Assembly: GCA_045654225.1 (NCBI GenBank)
Contig: JAZOMW010000006.1
Span: 17,009-81,008, forward strand
DNA from: Christensenellaceae bacterium
Lineage (GTDB): Bacteria > Bacillota > Clostridia > Christensenellales > Borkfalkiaceae
Direction of reading: 5' to 3'
DNA length: 64,000 nucleotides
Part shown: positions 9,864 through 20,388 of the stretch, piece after piece
How positions within the stretch are numbered: the first letter of the stretch is position 1
Layout of the letters: every line of letters begins with the position of its first letter
Made by a program: the position numbers and the translations under genes
The notes under the pieces: generated by a model
Databases searched by the model: none
The model's input: the letters and a program-made list of their open reading frames with translations, nothing else
Told to the model about the DNA's origin: nothing

Positions 9864-11018
9864 TTAAATTTTTCTAATTCTAATAACGCCGTTTACTTTG
9901 CCAAGTTTTACAAGAGATTCGTCGTCAATTTCAGGAATATCTATAATAGAATAAGCAAAATTGCCTTTACTTGAATTTACAAAGTTATCGATGTTTATAT
10001 TCTTTTCGGCTAAAACCGAAGTGAACTGCGCAATCATACTTTGTTGGTTTAAGTGAAGTATGCAAATTCTGTTTTTAGAAGTTTTTGGAGCAGAGCAGTT
10101 AGGGTAGTTTACGCTATTTTTAATATTGCCGTTTTCAATATAGTCTTTAAGTTCGTTTGCTGCCATTACCGCACAGTTGTCTTCCGCTTCCAAAGTGGAC
10201 GCACCAAGGTGCGGTATGCAAATTGCGTTTTCTACGCCGATAAGTTCGCTACTTGGAAAGTCGGTTATATATCTACTTAACTTTCCGCTATTAAGCGCTT
10301 CAATAACCGCGCTATTATCAACTAATTCGCCACGTGCAAGGTTTACCAAAACCGCTCCGTTTTTCATCTTTTTAATTTTGCTTGCGTTTACCATATTCGC
10401 ATTATCTTTCGTAAACGGAACGTGAATAGTAATATAGTCGCAATCTTTAAAGATATCATTTATATCGTTAGTAACTTCAACGTGCCTTGAAAGGTGGAGC
10501 GCGTTAATAACCGATAAATAAGGGTCGAAGCCTAAAACTTCCATACCTAAACTAACGGCGGTATTAGCAACTTTTGCGCCTATTGCACCAAGACCTATAA
10601 CGCCAAGTTTTTTACCGTATAATTCAGCGCCTGCAAAGTCTTTTTTACCTTTTTCAACGGTTTTTGAAAGGTTGGCGTCGTCTTTTAAAGTTGACACCCA
10701 GTTGATAGCGGGAACAATTTTACGCGAGCCTAAAAGTAACGCCGTTATAACGAGTTCGCTAACTGCGTTAGCGTTTGCGCCAGGAGTGTTAAATACTACA
10801 ACGCCGTTTTCCGCGTATTTATCGCAAGGGATATTGTTTACGCCCGCGCCTGCTCTTGCAACGGCTAAAACGCTACTTGGAAGGTCGTAGTCGTGCATGT
10901 CGAAACTTCTAACTAAAACGCCGATAGGTTTTTTTGAAGATTCAACCACTGCGTAATTTTTTGCTAAAATGTCATCTACTTTTTTGCTAATAGAGTTAAG
11001 TTTAATAATTTCTTTCAT
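9864..11018 (-). CDS. serA: D-3-phosphoglycerate dehydrogenase
   Basis: 2-hydroxyacid dehydrogenase pattern with GLGAIGAKVA (GxGxxG). A C-terminal ACT-like segment is present. Adjacent to serC. Confidence 0.85.
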   Translation of the reverse strand: MKEIIKLNSISKKVDDILAKNYAVVESSKKPIGVLVRSFDMHDYDLPSSVLAVARAGAGVNNIPCDKYAENGVVVFNTPGANANAVSELVITALLLGSRKIVPAINWVSTLKDDANLSKTVEKGKKDFAGAELYGKKLGVIGLGAIGAKVANTAVSLGMEVLGFDPYLSVINALHLSRHVEVTNDINDIFKDCDYITIHVPFTKDNANMVNASKIKKMKNGAVLVNLARGELVDNSAVIEALNSGKLSRYITDFPSSELIGVENAICIPHLGASTLEAEDNCAVMAANELKDYIENGNIKNSVNYPNCSAPKTSKNRICILHLNQQSMIAQFTSVLAEKNINIDNFVNSSKGNFAYSIIDIPEIDDESLVKLGKVNGVIRIRKI

Positions 11019-11023
11019 AATTT

Positions 11024-12097
11024 TTACTTGTGTTCCATTTCAAATTTTTTCATAAATTCTATAAGCGCTTTAACGCCTTCAATAGGCATTGCGTTATAGA
11101 TACTTGCGCGCATACCGCCAACCAAACGGTGACCTTTAAGTGAAACGAGACCGTTTTTAGTTGCTTCTTTAATAAATTCCGCGTCAAGTTCTTCGCTTTT
11201 TGTAACGAAAGGTACGTTCATAAGCGAGCGGTCTTTTTTATTTACGATATTTGTGTAAAAATCCGTGCCGTCGATAAAGTCGTATAAAAGCCCTGCTTTA
11301 TATTCGTTTATTTTTTGCATTTCTTTTATTCCGCCTTGTTTTTTAAGCCATCTAAACACTAGCATTGATATATAGATAGGAAAGCACGGTGGAGTGTTAT
11401 ACAAACTGTCGTTTTTATCTTGAATAGCGTAGTTAAGCATTGTAGGGCAAATATCTAATTGTTTGCCTAAAAGTTCGCGCTTTGCAATAACTATGGTTAC
11501 GCCTGCGGGAGCAATATTTTTTTGCGCGCCCGCGTAAATTAAGCCAAAGTCGCTAACGTTTATAACTTCGCTTAAAATGTTTGAAGACATATCCGCAACG
11601 AGTGGAGCGTTAGTTTTAGGGAGTTCAGTATAACGCGTGCCAAAAATCGTGTTGTTTGAAGTTATATGAACGTAGGACGCGTCCTTTGAAAACTCGATAT
11701 CTTTTAAATTAGGTATGTAAGTATAGTTTTTATCTTTTGAAGACGCAACTATATTTGCAACACCGTATTTTGCACCTTCTTCTTGCGCTTTTTTAGCAAA
11801 GTTGCCGGTTACTATATAATCTGCAACGCCCGTAGTCATAAGGTTAAGTGGAACTGACGCAAATTGTTGCGAAGCACCGCCTTGAACGAATAATACCGCG
11901 TAATCGTTAGGAATACCTAAAAGTTCGCGTAAAAGGGCGTTTGCCTCGTCGTTCACCGCCATAAAGGTTTTGGACCTATGGCTCATTTCGGCAATACTCA
12001 TACCGCTACCGCTATAATCTAATAAATCTCTTTGTGCTTCTTGTAATACTTCAAGTGGTAAAATTGACGGACCTGCCGCAAAGTTATAAACTCTCAT
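11024..12097 (-). CDS. serC: Phosphoserine aminotransferase
   Basis: NFAAGPSILP N-terminus, the PLP-lysine motif YAGAQKN, and about 360 aa. Confidence 0.9.
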   Translation of the reverse strand: MRVYNFAAGPSILPLEVLQEAQRDLLDYSGSGMSIAEMSHRSKTFMAVNDEANALLRELLGIPNDYAVLFVQGGASQQFASVPLNLMTTGVADYIVTGNFAKKAQEEGAKYGVANIVASSKDKNYTYIPNLKDIEFSKDASYVHITSNNTIFGTRYTELPKTNAPLVADMSSNILSEVINVSDFGLIYAGAQKNIAPAGVTIVIAKRELLGKQLDICPTMLNYAIQDKNDSLYNTPPCFPIYISMLVFRWLKKQGGIKEMQKINEYKAGLLYDFIDGTDFYTNIVNKKDRSLMNVPFVTKSEELDAEFIKEATKNGLVSLKGHRLVGGMRASIYNAMPIEGVKALIEFMKKFEMEHK

Positions 12098-12204
12098 AAT
12101 TTATCCTACTTTTAAAATTGTTTTACTCATTATACTACTTTGTTTTATAAATTACAAACTTTTTATCGCCTTTTTTAGAAATATATTCGTTTTTTTATAA
12201 TTTT

Positions 12205-12246
12205 ATAAAAAAATTGCACCGTAAAATAACGGTGCAATCGTTTTTT
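12205..12246 (-). terminator. Intrinsic terminator after glnN
   Basis: ATTGCACCG-8 nt-CGGTGCAAT with A/T runs on both sides. Confidence 0.75.
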
Positions 12247-12256
12247 AGTATTGTAA

Positions 12257-14335
12257 TTATTTAACGCTAAACAAAAGTTTGCCGTAAGACGGGTATGGCC
12301 AACAAGTTTCCGCGGTGTTAATTTCCGCTTCGTCCGCGTATTTACGGAGTTTTTGCATACATTTTAACACTTTTTTGTTCATAAAGAAGGCAAGTTCGCG
12401 TTTATCTACGATAGATGAAGATTTTCTTATTAACGCCGTGAGTTCTTCCGCTTTATTATAAACGTTCGTAGCAAGTAAAGAAAGGTCTTTAATAAGGTTG
12501 CTATCTTGCGTAAAGTCCGCCTCTATTTCCTTTTTAATTTTAACCGCTTTTGCAAGTTTTGTAATATACTCGTTAATTGCAGGGTAGATTTGCTTTTTAG
12601 CCATTTCTACCATAGTAAGCGCTTCAATGTTTATTATGCGCGAGTATTTATCGAACATAATTTGTTGCCTTGCAGTAAGTTCGCTTAAAGATAAAACGCG
12701 ATGTTTAGTAAAGAGTTCAACGTTCTTTTCTAAAAGTAAAGTGTCAACCGCGTCAGGCGTGGTTGGAAGGTTTAATAATCCGCGAGTATTTGCTTCTTCA
12801 ACCCACTCTTTTGAGTAGTTATTGCCGTTAAATATAATGCGCTTATGAGTTTTAATAGTGTCAACTACTATATCGTGTATTGCTTGCGGTATATCTTTTG
12901 CGTCTTTTAAAATTTCTACGAAAGTTGCAAGGCTTTCTGCAACCGCGGTGTTAAGAGTAGTGTTACAGTCGGCAATACTGTCGTTAGAGCCAACCATTCT
13001 AAACTCGAATTTATTACCCGTAAAAGCAAGTGGAGAAGTTCTGTTTCTATCAGTTGCATCTTTTGGTAAAGTAGGCAATATTTTAGAGCCGAACTTCATA
13101 AACTTTTTGTCAATTTTATAAGAAGCGTTATTTTCAATAGCGTCAAGCGCTTGTGATAAATCGTCGCCAAGATACATTGAAATTATAGCAGGAGGGGCTT
13201 CGCTTGAACCTAAGCGGTGGTCGTTACCAGCCGATGCAACCGAAGCGCGTAAAATATCTTGATAATTGTCAACCGCTTTAATAACCGCCGACAAGAAGAT
13301 TAAAAATTGCAAGTTTTCAACCGGAGTTTCGCCCGGGTCTAATAAATTTACGCCAGTATCGGTAGAAAGCGACCAGTTATTGTGTTTACCGCTACCGTTT
13401 ACGCCTTCAAACGGTTTTTCAGCAAGTAAGCATACTAAATTATGCTTGTCCGCAATCTTTTTCATAAGTTCCATCGTAATTTGGTTATTGTCGGTAGCGA
13501 TGTTTACAGTTCTATAAACGGAAGCGAGTTCGTGTTGGCTTGGAGCGGTTTCGTTATGTTCCGTTTTAGCGGGAATACCTAACTTCCAAAGTTCAACGTC
13601 AAGGTCTTCCATAAACGCTTTAACACGCGGTTTAATTGCGCCAAAATAGTGGTCGTCAAGTTCTTGACCTTTCGGAGGTTTTGCGCCGAATAAAGTTCTA
13701 CCCGTATATACAAGGTCAGGGCGCTTGCCAGCCATTTCTTTATCGATTAAAAAGTATTCTTGTTCCGCGCCAACGGTTACTTTAACGTTTTTAACGTCGT
13801 CGTTTCCTAAAATTTTTAAAATTTTAAGCGCTTGTTTATTGAGTGCTTCCGAAGAGCGTAAAAGCGGTGTTTTTTCGTCAAGTGCTTCACCACTATACGA
13901 GCAAAACGCGGTTGGTATGCAAAGCGTATTGTCTTTTATAAAAGCGTAAGAAGTAGGGTCCCAAGCAGTGTAACCGCGCGCTTCAAAAGTTGCGCGAATA
14001 CCGCCGTTAGGGAAAGAAGACGCGTCAGGCTCGCCTTTTATAAGTTCTTTACCGCTAAATTCCATAATGGCTTTTCCACCTTTTGGCGAAATAAAACTAT
14101 CGTGTTTTTCTGCCGTAACGCCAGTCATAGGTTGGAACCAGTGAGTAAAGTGCGTTGCACCTTTTTCAATGGCCCAGTTTTTCATAGCGTCTGCAACGGC
14201 TTGTGCAACCGTAATGTCGAGTTGTTCACCGTTTTCAAGCGTCTTTTCAAGCGAAGCGTAAATGTTACTTGGAAGTAACTTTTTCATTACTTCTTCATTA
14301 AAAAGATTTTCGGCATAAAATTCAGGAATGTACAT
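12257..14335 (-). CDS. glnN: Glutamine synthetase, type III
   Basis: 692 aa. The N-terminus ...[29 protein letters not shown] and the overall length are typical of GSIII. RBS AAGGGAGA. Confidence 0.9.
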   Translation of the reverse strand: MYIPEFYAENLFNEEVMKKLLPSNIYASLEKTLENGEQLDITVAQAVADAMKNWAIEKGATHFTHWFQPMTGVTAEKHDSFISPKGGKAIMEFSGKELIKGEPDASSFPNGGIRATFEARGYTAWDPTSYAFIKDNTLCIPTAFCSYSGEALDEKTPLLRSSEALNKQALKILKILGNDDVKNVKVTVGAEQEYFLIDKEMAGKRPDLVYTGRTLFGAKPPKGQELDDHYFGAIKPRVKAFMEDLDVELWKLGIPAKTEHNETAPSQHELASVYRTVNIATDNNQITMELMKKIADKHNLVCLLAEKPFEGVNGSGKHNNWSLSTDTGVNLLDPGETPVENLQFLIFLSAVIKAVDNYQDILRASVASAGNDHRLGSSEAPPAIISMYLGDDLSQALDAIENNASYKIDKKFMKFGSKILPTLPKDATDRNRTSPLAFTGNKFEFRMVGSNDSIADCNTTLNTAVAESLATFVEILKDAKDIPQAIHDIVVDTIKTHKRIIFNGNNYSKEWVEEANTRGLLNLPTTPDAVDTLLLEKNVELFTKHRVLSLSELTARQQIMFDKYSRIINIEALTMVEMAKKQIYPAINEYITKLAKAVKIKKEIEADFTQDSNLIKDLSLLATNVYNKAEELTALIRKSSSIVDKRELAFFMNKKVLKCMQKLRKYADEAEINTAETCWPYPSYGKLLFSVK

Positions 14336-14392
14336 ATCAATTCTCCCTTAAACGTTAGTAAATAGAAAATATTAAAAATTTAATATGTACTC

Positions 14393-14422
14393 ATTATAAG
14401 AAAAATGGCGAAATTTTGTCAA
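14393..14422 (-). promoter_or_regulatory. Sigma-A-type promoter for glnN
   Basis: On the minus strand: TTGACA (14422-14417), 18-nt spacer, TATAAT (14398-14393). Confidence 0.5.
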
Positions 14423-14607
14423 CTGTTTTTAGTAAAGTTTAATGATATTTAAACTATAATTTGCTTAAAGTTGCACTTGTTTACAAATAACGGCGTTAAA
14501 AAATGTTTAAAATGCTTGTGAAAAGTTTATGATAATTGCAAAATATAGAGTGTAAAAAAGGCGTGTTTTTTGTAATTTTTTTATTATCAAAAACATATAT
14601 TTTTTAT

Positions 14608-15297
14608 ATGATTTTTTCCATTAAAAAACAAGCTTTTATCTTTATTATTTTATCGATTTTTTTGTCAATAATTACGCTTTTAGTGCCCGTTGCTAGCGCT
14701 CATAAAAGCGTTAATTTTTCCGTTGTTATAGACGCGGGTCACGGAGGTATCGACAAGGGCGCTTCGGGCTTGACGACGGGCGTTTTTGAAAGCGACTTAA
14801 ATTTAGATATTGCAAAAAAACTTCAAACGAAGTTTGAAGAAATAGGTTTTACGGTAATAATGACGCGTGACGGCGACTACGGTTTATACGGAGATACGAG
14901 CAAAGGTTTTAAAAAACGCGACCTTGAAAAACGCGTTGAAATTATAAACAAAAACGACCCTTCCGCTTTTATTTCTATTCACCTAAACAAGTACACTTCT
15001 TCAACGCGCCGTGGAGCGCAAGTTTTTTATAAAGACGAAAGTTACGATAGCGATAGGCTTGCCAAATGCGTTCAAAGCGAATTTAATTCTTCGCCCGATT
15101 GCGTTAAAAAAAGTAGTGCGTTAAAAGGTGATTATTATCTTCTTAACATGGCAAAATGCACGTCAATTATCGTTGAGTGCGGTTTTTTATCAAACGAGCA
15201 AGACGAAAAACTTTTAAATACCGAAGAATATAGATTAAAAATAGCCAAAATCATATTTAACGGAACTATAAAATACCTAAAAGGCGAAAGCGCTTAA
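14608..15297 (+). CDS. cwlD: N-acetylmuramoyl-L-alanine amidase, CwlD-like (germination-specific type)
   Basis: An N-terminal TM anchor is followed by VVIDAGHGGIDKGA, SIHLN and ECGFLSN amidase_3 motifs. The track ORF begins at TTG 14536. ATG 14608 gives a CwlD-like length, but the start remains uncertain. Confidence 0.65.
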   Translation: MIFSIKKQAFIFIILSIFLSIITLLVPVASAHKSVNFSVVIDAGHGGIDKGASGLTTGVFESDLNLDIAKKLQTKFEEIGFTVIMTRDGDYGLYGDTSKGFKKRDLEKRVEIINKNDPSAFISIHLNKYTSSTRRGAQVFYKDESYDSDRLAKCVQSEFNSSPDCVKKSSALKGDYYLLNMAKCTSIIVECGFLSNEQDEKLLNTEEYRLKIAKIIFNGTIKYLKGESA

Positions 15298-15383
15298 AAA
15301 AACGTAAAAAATCGTTTTATTGTTGTTGAAATATTAACTTAAATATGTTATAATAAGCAAAATACTATGCGATTTGGTAAAAA

Positions 15384-15788
15384 ATGATTAGTTTAGACGA
15401 AGTTTTAGATAAAAATACGGCTCTGCAATTAAGTTCGGTAACGCTTGCGTTTATCGGCGACGCGGTTTATTCGCTATACGTTAGAAGAAATCTCGTTTTT
15501 AAAAAAGACGAAAAGGGTGCGGTGCTTAATAAAAAGGCAAGTGAAATAGTTTGCGCTTCTGCGCAAGCCGACTTTATCGATAGAATTTTGCCCGTGTTAA
15601 GTGAAGAAGAAGTCGAAGTTTTTAAGCGCGCTCGCAACACCAAAAAAGGCACTCGCGCAAAGCACGCGTCGGTTGGCGAATATAACAAGGCTACGGGCTT
15701 TGAAGCGCTCGTTGGATTTTTGCATATTACTGGGCAAAAAGAAAGATTAAACTACTTATTAAATTATGGAGAACAAAATGAAAATTGA
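15384..15788 (+). CDS. mrnC: Mini-ribonuclease 3
   Basis: 134 aa with LAFIGDAVYSLYVR, an RNase III-like signature. The mrnC-rlmB-sigH synteny matches Bacillus and Clostridium. Confidence 0.85.
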   Translation: MISLDEVLDKNTALQLSSVTLAFIGDAVYSLYVRRNLVFKKDEKGAVLNKKASEIVCASAQADFIDRILPVLSEEEVEVFKRARNTKKGTRAKHASVGEYNKATGFEALVGFLHITGQKERLNYLLNYGEQNEN

Positions 15789-16512
15789 AGGCAAGAACGC
15801 CGTTTTAGAACTTTTAAAAACGGACAAGACTATTGATAAAATTTTAGTGCAAAACGGCATGCGTGACGAGGCTTCTCGCGCGCTCGTAAAAGAAGCGGTA
15901 AGAATAGGCGCAAAGGTTCAATACGTTGAAAAAACTATTTTAGATAAAGAATCTCCGTCACGCCGTCATCAAGGCTTTATCGCCTTTGTAAGCGATTACG
16001 AGTACGCCGATTTCGATAATTTATTAGAAACTTTAAAGGACAAGCCAAAAGCCACCGTATTAGTGTTAGACGGTATTGAAGACCCGCACAATTTGGGTAG
16101 TATTATAAGAGTTGGAGAGTGTAGTGGAGCGGACGCTATAATTATTTCAAAAAGGCGTAGCGCGCAAGTTAGCGATGCGGTTATGCGCATTTCCGCAGGT
16201 AGCGCAAATCATATTTCGGTATGCCGTGTAACGAACATAAACAACGCTATCGACAAGTTAAAAGACGCGGGTTTATGGGTTTACGGTTTAGAAGTTGGCG
16301 GTAGCGACCTATATAAAACCGATTTAACGGGTAAAATTGCAATAGTTGTTGGCGGTGAAGACACGGGCGTTAATAGGCTCACGAAAGAAAAATGCGACGC
16401 TATTATAAGTATTCCTATGTTTGGAAAGGTAAACTCTCTTAACGCGTCCGTTGCGTGCTCTGTTGCAGTATTTGAAAGCGTGCGCCAAAATTTAAACGTC
16501 AAGGAAAAATAA
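15778..16512 (+). CDS. rlmB: 23S rRNA (guanosine-2'-O)-methyltransferase, RlmB / TrmH family
   Basis: SpoU motifs LDGIEDPHNLGSIIR, VVGGEDTGV and IPMFGKVNSLNASVA. GGAGA sits 5 nt before ATG 15778. Confidence 0.85.
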   Translation: MKIEGKNAVLELLKTDKTIDKILVQNGMRDEASRALVKEAVRIGAKVQYVEKTILDKESPSRRHQGFIAFVSDYEYADFDNLLETLKDKPKATVLVLDGIEDPHNLGSIIRVGECSGADAIIISKRRSAQVSDAVMRISAGSANHISVCRVTNINNAIDKLKDAGLWVYGLEVGGSDLYKTDLTGKIAIVVGGEDTGVNRLTKEKCDAIISIPMFGKVNSLNASVACSVAVFESVRQNLNVKEK

Positions 16513-17072
16513 TGAAGAATTTAACTGACGAGCAACTCGTTTTACAGTATAAAAACGGCAACGCGCTTGCTTTTGACGAAATTTACAATAGGTATAAAAG
16601 TTTAGTTAAATACTTTTGCCGTAATCTATTTTTAATAGGCGCGGAAAGTGAAGATATAATGCAAGAAGGTATGCTCGGTTTATTTAACGCGGTAAGTTCG
16701 TATAGCGAAGGTCAAAGTTCGTTTTCAACTTACGCTACCATTTGCATAAAAAACAAACTAATATCTGCCGTTAAAAAGTATTCAAGTAACAAAAATAGCG
16801 TTTTAAACAACACCGTTTCAACGGAAGTTTTAGACAATTTGCAAATTTTTGCAAACACGCCGGAAGACTTCGTTTTGTTTAAAGAAAACGGCAAAGAATT
16901 AAAAAATAAATTGACGGAGCAACTGTCAAAAACCGAAAATAAAGTTTTAAAACTGTTTTTAGAAGGGCTTTCTTACGAAGAAATTGCTGAAAAAACGGGT
17001 GTAAAAATAAAAAGCGTTGACAACGCTTTAACAAGGGCAAGAAAAAAAATAATTAAATTTATCGGTGAATAA
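16512..17072 (+). CDS. sigH: RNA polymerase sigma factor, SigH-like
   Basis: Sigma-70 region 2 (DIMQEGMLGLFNAV) and region 4 (LSYEEIAEKTGVKIKSVDNALTRARKKI). It lies directly after rlmB, as sigH does in other Firmicutes. Confidence 0.65.
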   Translation: MKNLTDEQLVLQYKNGNALAFDEIYNRYKSLVKYFCRNLFLIGAESEDIMQEGMLGLFNAVSSYSEGQSSFSTYATICIKNKLISAVKKYSSNKNSVLNNTVSTEVLDNLQIFANTPEDFVLFKENGKELKNKLTEQLSKTENKVLKLFLEGLSYEEIAEKTGVKIKSVDNALTRARKKIIKFIGE

Positions 17073-17073
17073 T

Positions 17074-18726
17074 ATGTCTTATTTATCTCTTTACAGGCGT
17101 TTTAGACCAACCACTTTTGATAAGGTTATCGGGCAAGACGCTACGGTAAAAACACTTAAAAACCAAATAACGTCAAATAAAATAGGGCACGCATACTTAT
17201 TTGCGGGCGCGCGCGGTACGGGTAAAACAACGATTGCTAAAATTTTTGCAAAAGCGGTAAACTGTTTAAATTCCGTTGACGGTTCGCCTTGCGGTGAGTG
17301 TGAAGCGTGTAAAGCGCTTTTAGACCCGTCTAATATCGACGTTTTAGAAATGGACGCTGCTTCAAACAACAAAGTAGAAAACGTGCGTGAAATTAGGGAA
17401 AACGTTCAATATCCACCCGTAAACGTTAGATATAAAGTTTATATTATCGACGAAGTTCATATGCTTACTAGCGAAGCGTTTAACGCGCTTTTAAAAACGC
17501 TTGAAGAACCGCCAAAACACGCAATATTTATTTTAGCAACTACTGAACCGCATAAAATACCAGCAACTATACTATCAAGGTGTATGCGCTTTGATTTTAG
17601 GCTCGTTTCAACTAAAACGATAGCAAGTTTAATTGCGGGTGTATATAATGAAATAGGCAAAAAATACGACGACGAAGCAATTATGGCAATAGCAAAAGCG
17701 GGCGAAGGTAGCGTTAGAGACGCGCTTTCCGTTGCCGATTTATGCGTTTCCGTTGGCGACGGTAAACTCACTTATAACGACGTTATAACGGTTTTAGGTG
17801 CAACGGACGGAGATAAAATCGATAGTTTAGTTTCTTCAATATTAAGCGGAAATACGAGCGAAGTTTTGCGCCTTGCAGAAGAACTTTATTTTTTAGGAAA
17901 ATCAATTTCCGTTTTATCAAAAGATATAATCAATTATCTGCGCGATTTACTAGTGGTTAAAATGTGCGCGGGTAGTCAAGATATTTTATCTTTACCGCAA
18001 GAAAAGTTAGAACTTTATAAAAACACCGCGTCGCTTTGCGACGAGCATAGAATTTTGCGCATTTTAGAGATAATGTCCGGAATTGAGAGTCAACTTCGCT
18101 ATTCAAATCAACCGCGCGCGGTTTTTGAAACGGCGCTTATAAAATCGGCTCTTCCTGAAAACGATTATAATATAGACGCGTTACTTGCAAGGGTTAAGGC
18201 TTTGGAAGAAAAGTTAAGCGCTTTTGAAAGCGGAACTTTAAAGGTTATGCCAAGCGAAAAAGTGGAAGTTCAAACTGTAAAAGAGCCCGAAATTAAAACT
18301 CAACCGCAAGTAAAGGAAGAAGTTAAACAAGTGGCGGTAGAGCCTATAAAAGTGGTTGAGCCTATAAAAGTAGAAAAGGTTGAAGCGCCAAAAGTGGAAG
18401 CGCCTATTAAAGCCGCTCAAAACAGTCAAGACGGTAAGCGCATTTTCGGTATGATAGTAAGGCGTTTAAGGAATATTCCTAACTCAACTATTTTATGGGT
18501 AGCGTTGCAAGAAATGAGCGCTACGGTTAGCGATAACGTTCTTTATATAAACGCAAGCGAAGGCGCGGAATATTCGCTAGTTTCAAAAAGAGAAAATATT
18601 GAAATACTTTCAAATATTGCAAAAGAATTTTCAATTGAAGAAGTTAAAGTGGTTACTAAAAGTAACCAAACTAATCAAATAGAAGACGTAAAGAACTTTT
18701 TTGGTTCAACGCTTATAAACAAATAG
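17074..18726 (+). CDS. dnaX: DNA polymerase III subunit gamma/tau
   Basis: Walker A GARGTGKTT, Walker B IIDEVHML, a CGECEAC zinc module and SRC. GGTGA sits 5 nt before ATG 17074. Confidence 0.9.
   Translation: MSYLSLYRRFRPTTFDKVIGQDATVKTLKNQITSNKIGHAYLFAGARGTGKTTIAKIFAKAVNCLNSVDGSPCGECEACKALLDPSNIDVLEMDAASNNKVENVREIRENVQYPPVNVRYKVYIIDEVHMLTSEAFNALLKTLEEPPKHAIFILATTEPHKIPATILSRCMRFDFRLVSTKTIASLIAGVYNEIGKKYDDEAIMAIAKAGEGSVRDALSVADLCVSVGDGKLTYNDVITVLGATDGDKIDSLVSSILSGNTSEVLRLAEELYFLGKSISVLSKDIINYLRDLLVVKMCAGSQDILSLPQEKLELYKNTASLCDEHRILRILEIMSGIESQLRYSNQPRAVFETALIKSALPENDYNIDALLARVKALEEKLSAFESGTLKVMPSEKVEVQTVKEPEIKTQPQVKEEVKQVAVEPIKVVEPIKVEKVEAPKVEAPIKAAQNSQDGKRIFGMIVRRLRNIPNSTILWVALQEMSATVSDNVLYINASEGAEYSLVSKRENIEILSNIAKEFSIEEVKVVTKSNQTNQIEDVKNFFGSTLINK
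18337..18408 (+). repeat. In-frame tandem repeats in the tau linker (2 x 18 nt VEPIKV, 2 x 15 nt VEAPK)
   Basis: GTAGAGCCTATAAAAGTG / GTTGAGCCTATAAAAGTA, then GTTGAAGCGCCAAAA / GTGGAAGCGCCTATT. Confidence 0.6.
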
Positions 18727-18748
18727 ACTATTAAAGGAGAATATAATT

Positions 18749-19090
18749 ATGGCAGGATTTAAAGGCGGTTTCGGCGGTTTTGGTGGCGGAAATCAAATGC
18801 AACAACTTATGAAGCAAGCACAAAAAATGCAACAAGATATGCAAAAGGCACAAGAAGAACTTGAAGAAGCGGAAGTTGAAGGCGTTTCAGCAAGCGGTCT
18901 TGTAAAAGTTACTATGAACGGTAAAAAAGTTATTCAATCTATAAGCATTGATAAAAACGCAGTTGACGTTGACGATATTGAAATGCTTGAAGACCTTATT
19001 ATAGTTGCCGTAAACGACGCGTACTCGAAAGCCGACGAATTATACAAAAAGAAAATGGGTCCACTTGGCGGAGCGGGAGGCTTATTTTAA
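18749..19090 (+). CDS. YbaB/EbfC family nucleoid-associated protein
   Basis: 113 aa with a Gly/Gln-rich N-terminus. The conserved dnaX-ybaB-recR order is present. RBS AAAGGAGA. Confidence 0.9.
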   Translation: MAGFKGGFGGFGGGNQMQQLMKQAQKMQQDMQKAQEELEEAEVEGVSASGLVKVTMNGKKVIQSISIDKNAVDVDDIEMLEDLIIVAVNDAYSKADELYKKKMGPLGGAGGLF

Positions 19091-19093
19091 TTT

Positions 19094-19687
19094 ATGAGTA
19101 ACTTTATAGAGCCTATCGGTAAACTTATAAATCAATTTACTAAGTTGCCGGGCGTAGGTGCTAAAACGGCTCAACGCTTTGCGTACGAAGTTATAAATAT
19201 GTCAAAGGAAGAAGCCGAAGCGTTTGCTAGTAGTATTATCGACTGTAAAAACAAAATACGCTACTGTAAAATTTGCGGAAATTACACGGATAAAGACGAG
19301 TGCGATATATGCACTAAACGCTCGCACGAAGTTATTTGCGTTGTAAAAGAGCCAAAGGACGTTTTGGCTATGGAAAAAATACACGAATACTCGGGCGTTT
19401 ATCACGTTTTACACGGAACTTTACGTCCTAGCGAAAACGTTGGTCCAAAAGATATTGACGTGCAAGGTTTAGTTGAGCGAATAAAGAGTGAAGGCGTTAA
19501 AGAAGTTATAATGGCAACTAACCCCGACTACGACGGTGAAATTACCGCAATGTACGTTTCAAGCGTAGTTAAACCTTTAAACGTAAAAGTAACGAGGCTT
19601 GCGCACGGAATACCTATCGGTAGCGATATAGAATATACCGACGAGGTAACTTTAACGCGCGCTTTCGTTGATAGAAAGGAAATGTAA
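19094..19687 (+). CDS. recR: Recombination protein RecR
   Basis: LPGVGAKTAQR helix-hairpin-helix, a Cys4 zinc finger CKICGNYTDKDECDIC, and a Toprim region. Confidence 0.95.
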   Translation: MSNFIEPIGKLINQFTKLPGVGAKTAQRFAYEVINMSKEEAEAFASSIIDCKNKIRYCKICGNYTDKDECDICTKRSHEVICVVKEPKDVLAMEKIHEYSGVYHVLHGTLRPSENVGPKDIDVQGLVERIKSEGVKEVIMATNPDYDGEITAMYVSSVVKPLNVKVTRLAHGIPIGSDIEYTDEVTLTRAFVDRKEM

Positions 19688-20388
19688 TGGAAAGACTTGA
19701 TAAACTCTTTTCTTCGTGCGCATTGCTTACGAGAAAAGAGTGTTTAATTGCCGTAAAAAAGGGTAGAATAACGGTCAACGGTTTAGTGGTAAAAACTCCT
19801 AGCCAAAAAGTTGACGCTTTAAAAGACGTAATTTTGCTTGACGGCAAAGCGCCCGAATTTAAAAAGTTCGTTTATATTATGCTTAATAAGCCTAGCGGTG
19901 TTGTTAGTGCTACGGAAGACGGTAATCAACAAACCGTAATAGATATTTTGCCAAGTTCTTTTAAGCGCGACGGCTTGTTTCCTTGCGGTAGGCTTGATAA
20001 AGACACGGTAGGATTAGTAATAATTACGAACGACGGCGCTTCCGCGCACAAAAAACTTTCGCCAAAAAGCAAGACTAAAAAGGTTTACTATTTTGAAATT
20101 GCCGACCCTATTTTAGACGGACAAGTTGAAAAAATTGAAAAAGGCGTTACTTTAAAAGACGGCTACACCGTTAGCCCTTGCACAATAGAAATGCTTACAA
20201 AAAATAGCGGTTATATAACTTTAACCGAGGGTAAATATCACGAAATTAAGCGTATTTTTGGCAGTTTAGGTAATAAAATTACCTATTTAAAGCGAATTTC
20301 TTTTGCAGGCATTATACTTGATAAAAATTTAGAAGAAGGAACTTGTAGATACTTAACTAAGCAAGAAGAAGAACTTTTTACAAAATGA
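19687..20388 (+). CDS. Pseudouridine synthase, RsuA/RluB family with an S4 domain
   Basis: An S4-like N-terminus and the catalytic motif GRLDKDTVGLVIITNDG. Confidence 0.85.
   Translation: MERLDKLFSSCALLTRKECLIAVKKGRITVNGLVVKTPSQKVDALKDVILLDGKAPEFKKFVYIMLNKPSGVVSATEDGNQQTVIDILPSSFKRDGLFPCGRLDKDTVGLVIITNDGASAHKKLSPKSKTKKVYYFEIADPILDGQVEKIEKGVTLKDGYTVSPCTIEMLTKNSGYITLTEGKYHEIKRIFGSLGNKITYLKRISFAGIILDKNLEEGTCRYLTKQEEELFTK

Noticed and set aside
18337-18408. Short tandem DNA repeats, considered as a possible minisatellite or CRISPR-like array.
   Set aside because: There are only two copies of each unit. They are in frame inside dnaX and encode a VEPIKV/VEAPK low-complexity linker. No spacer-repeat architecture is present.
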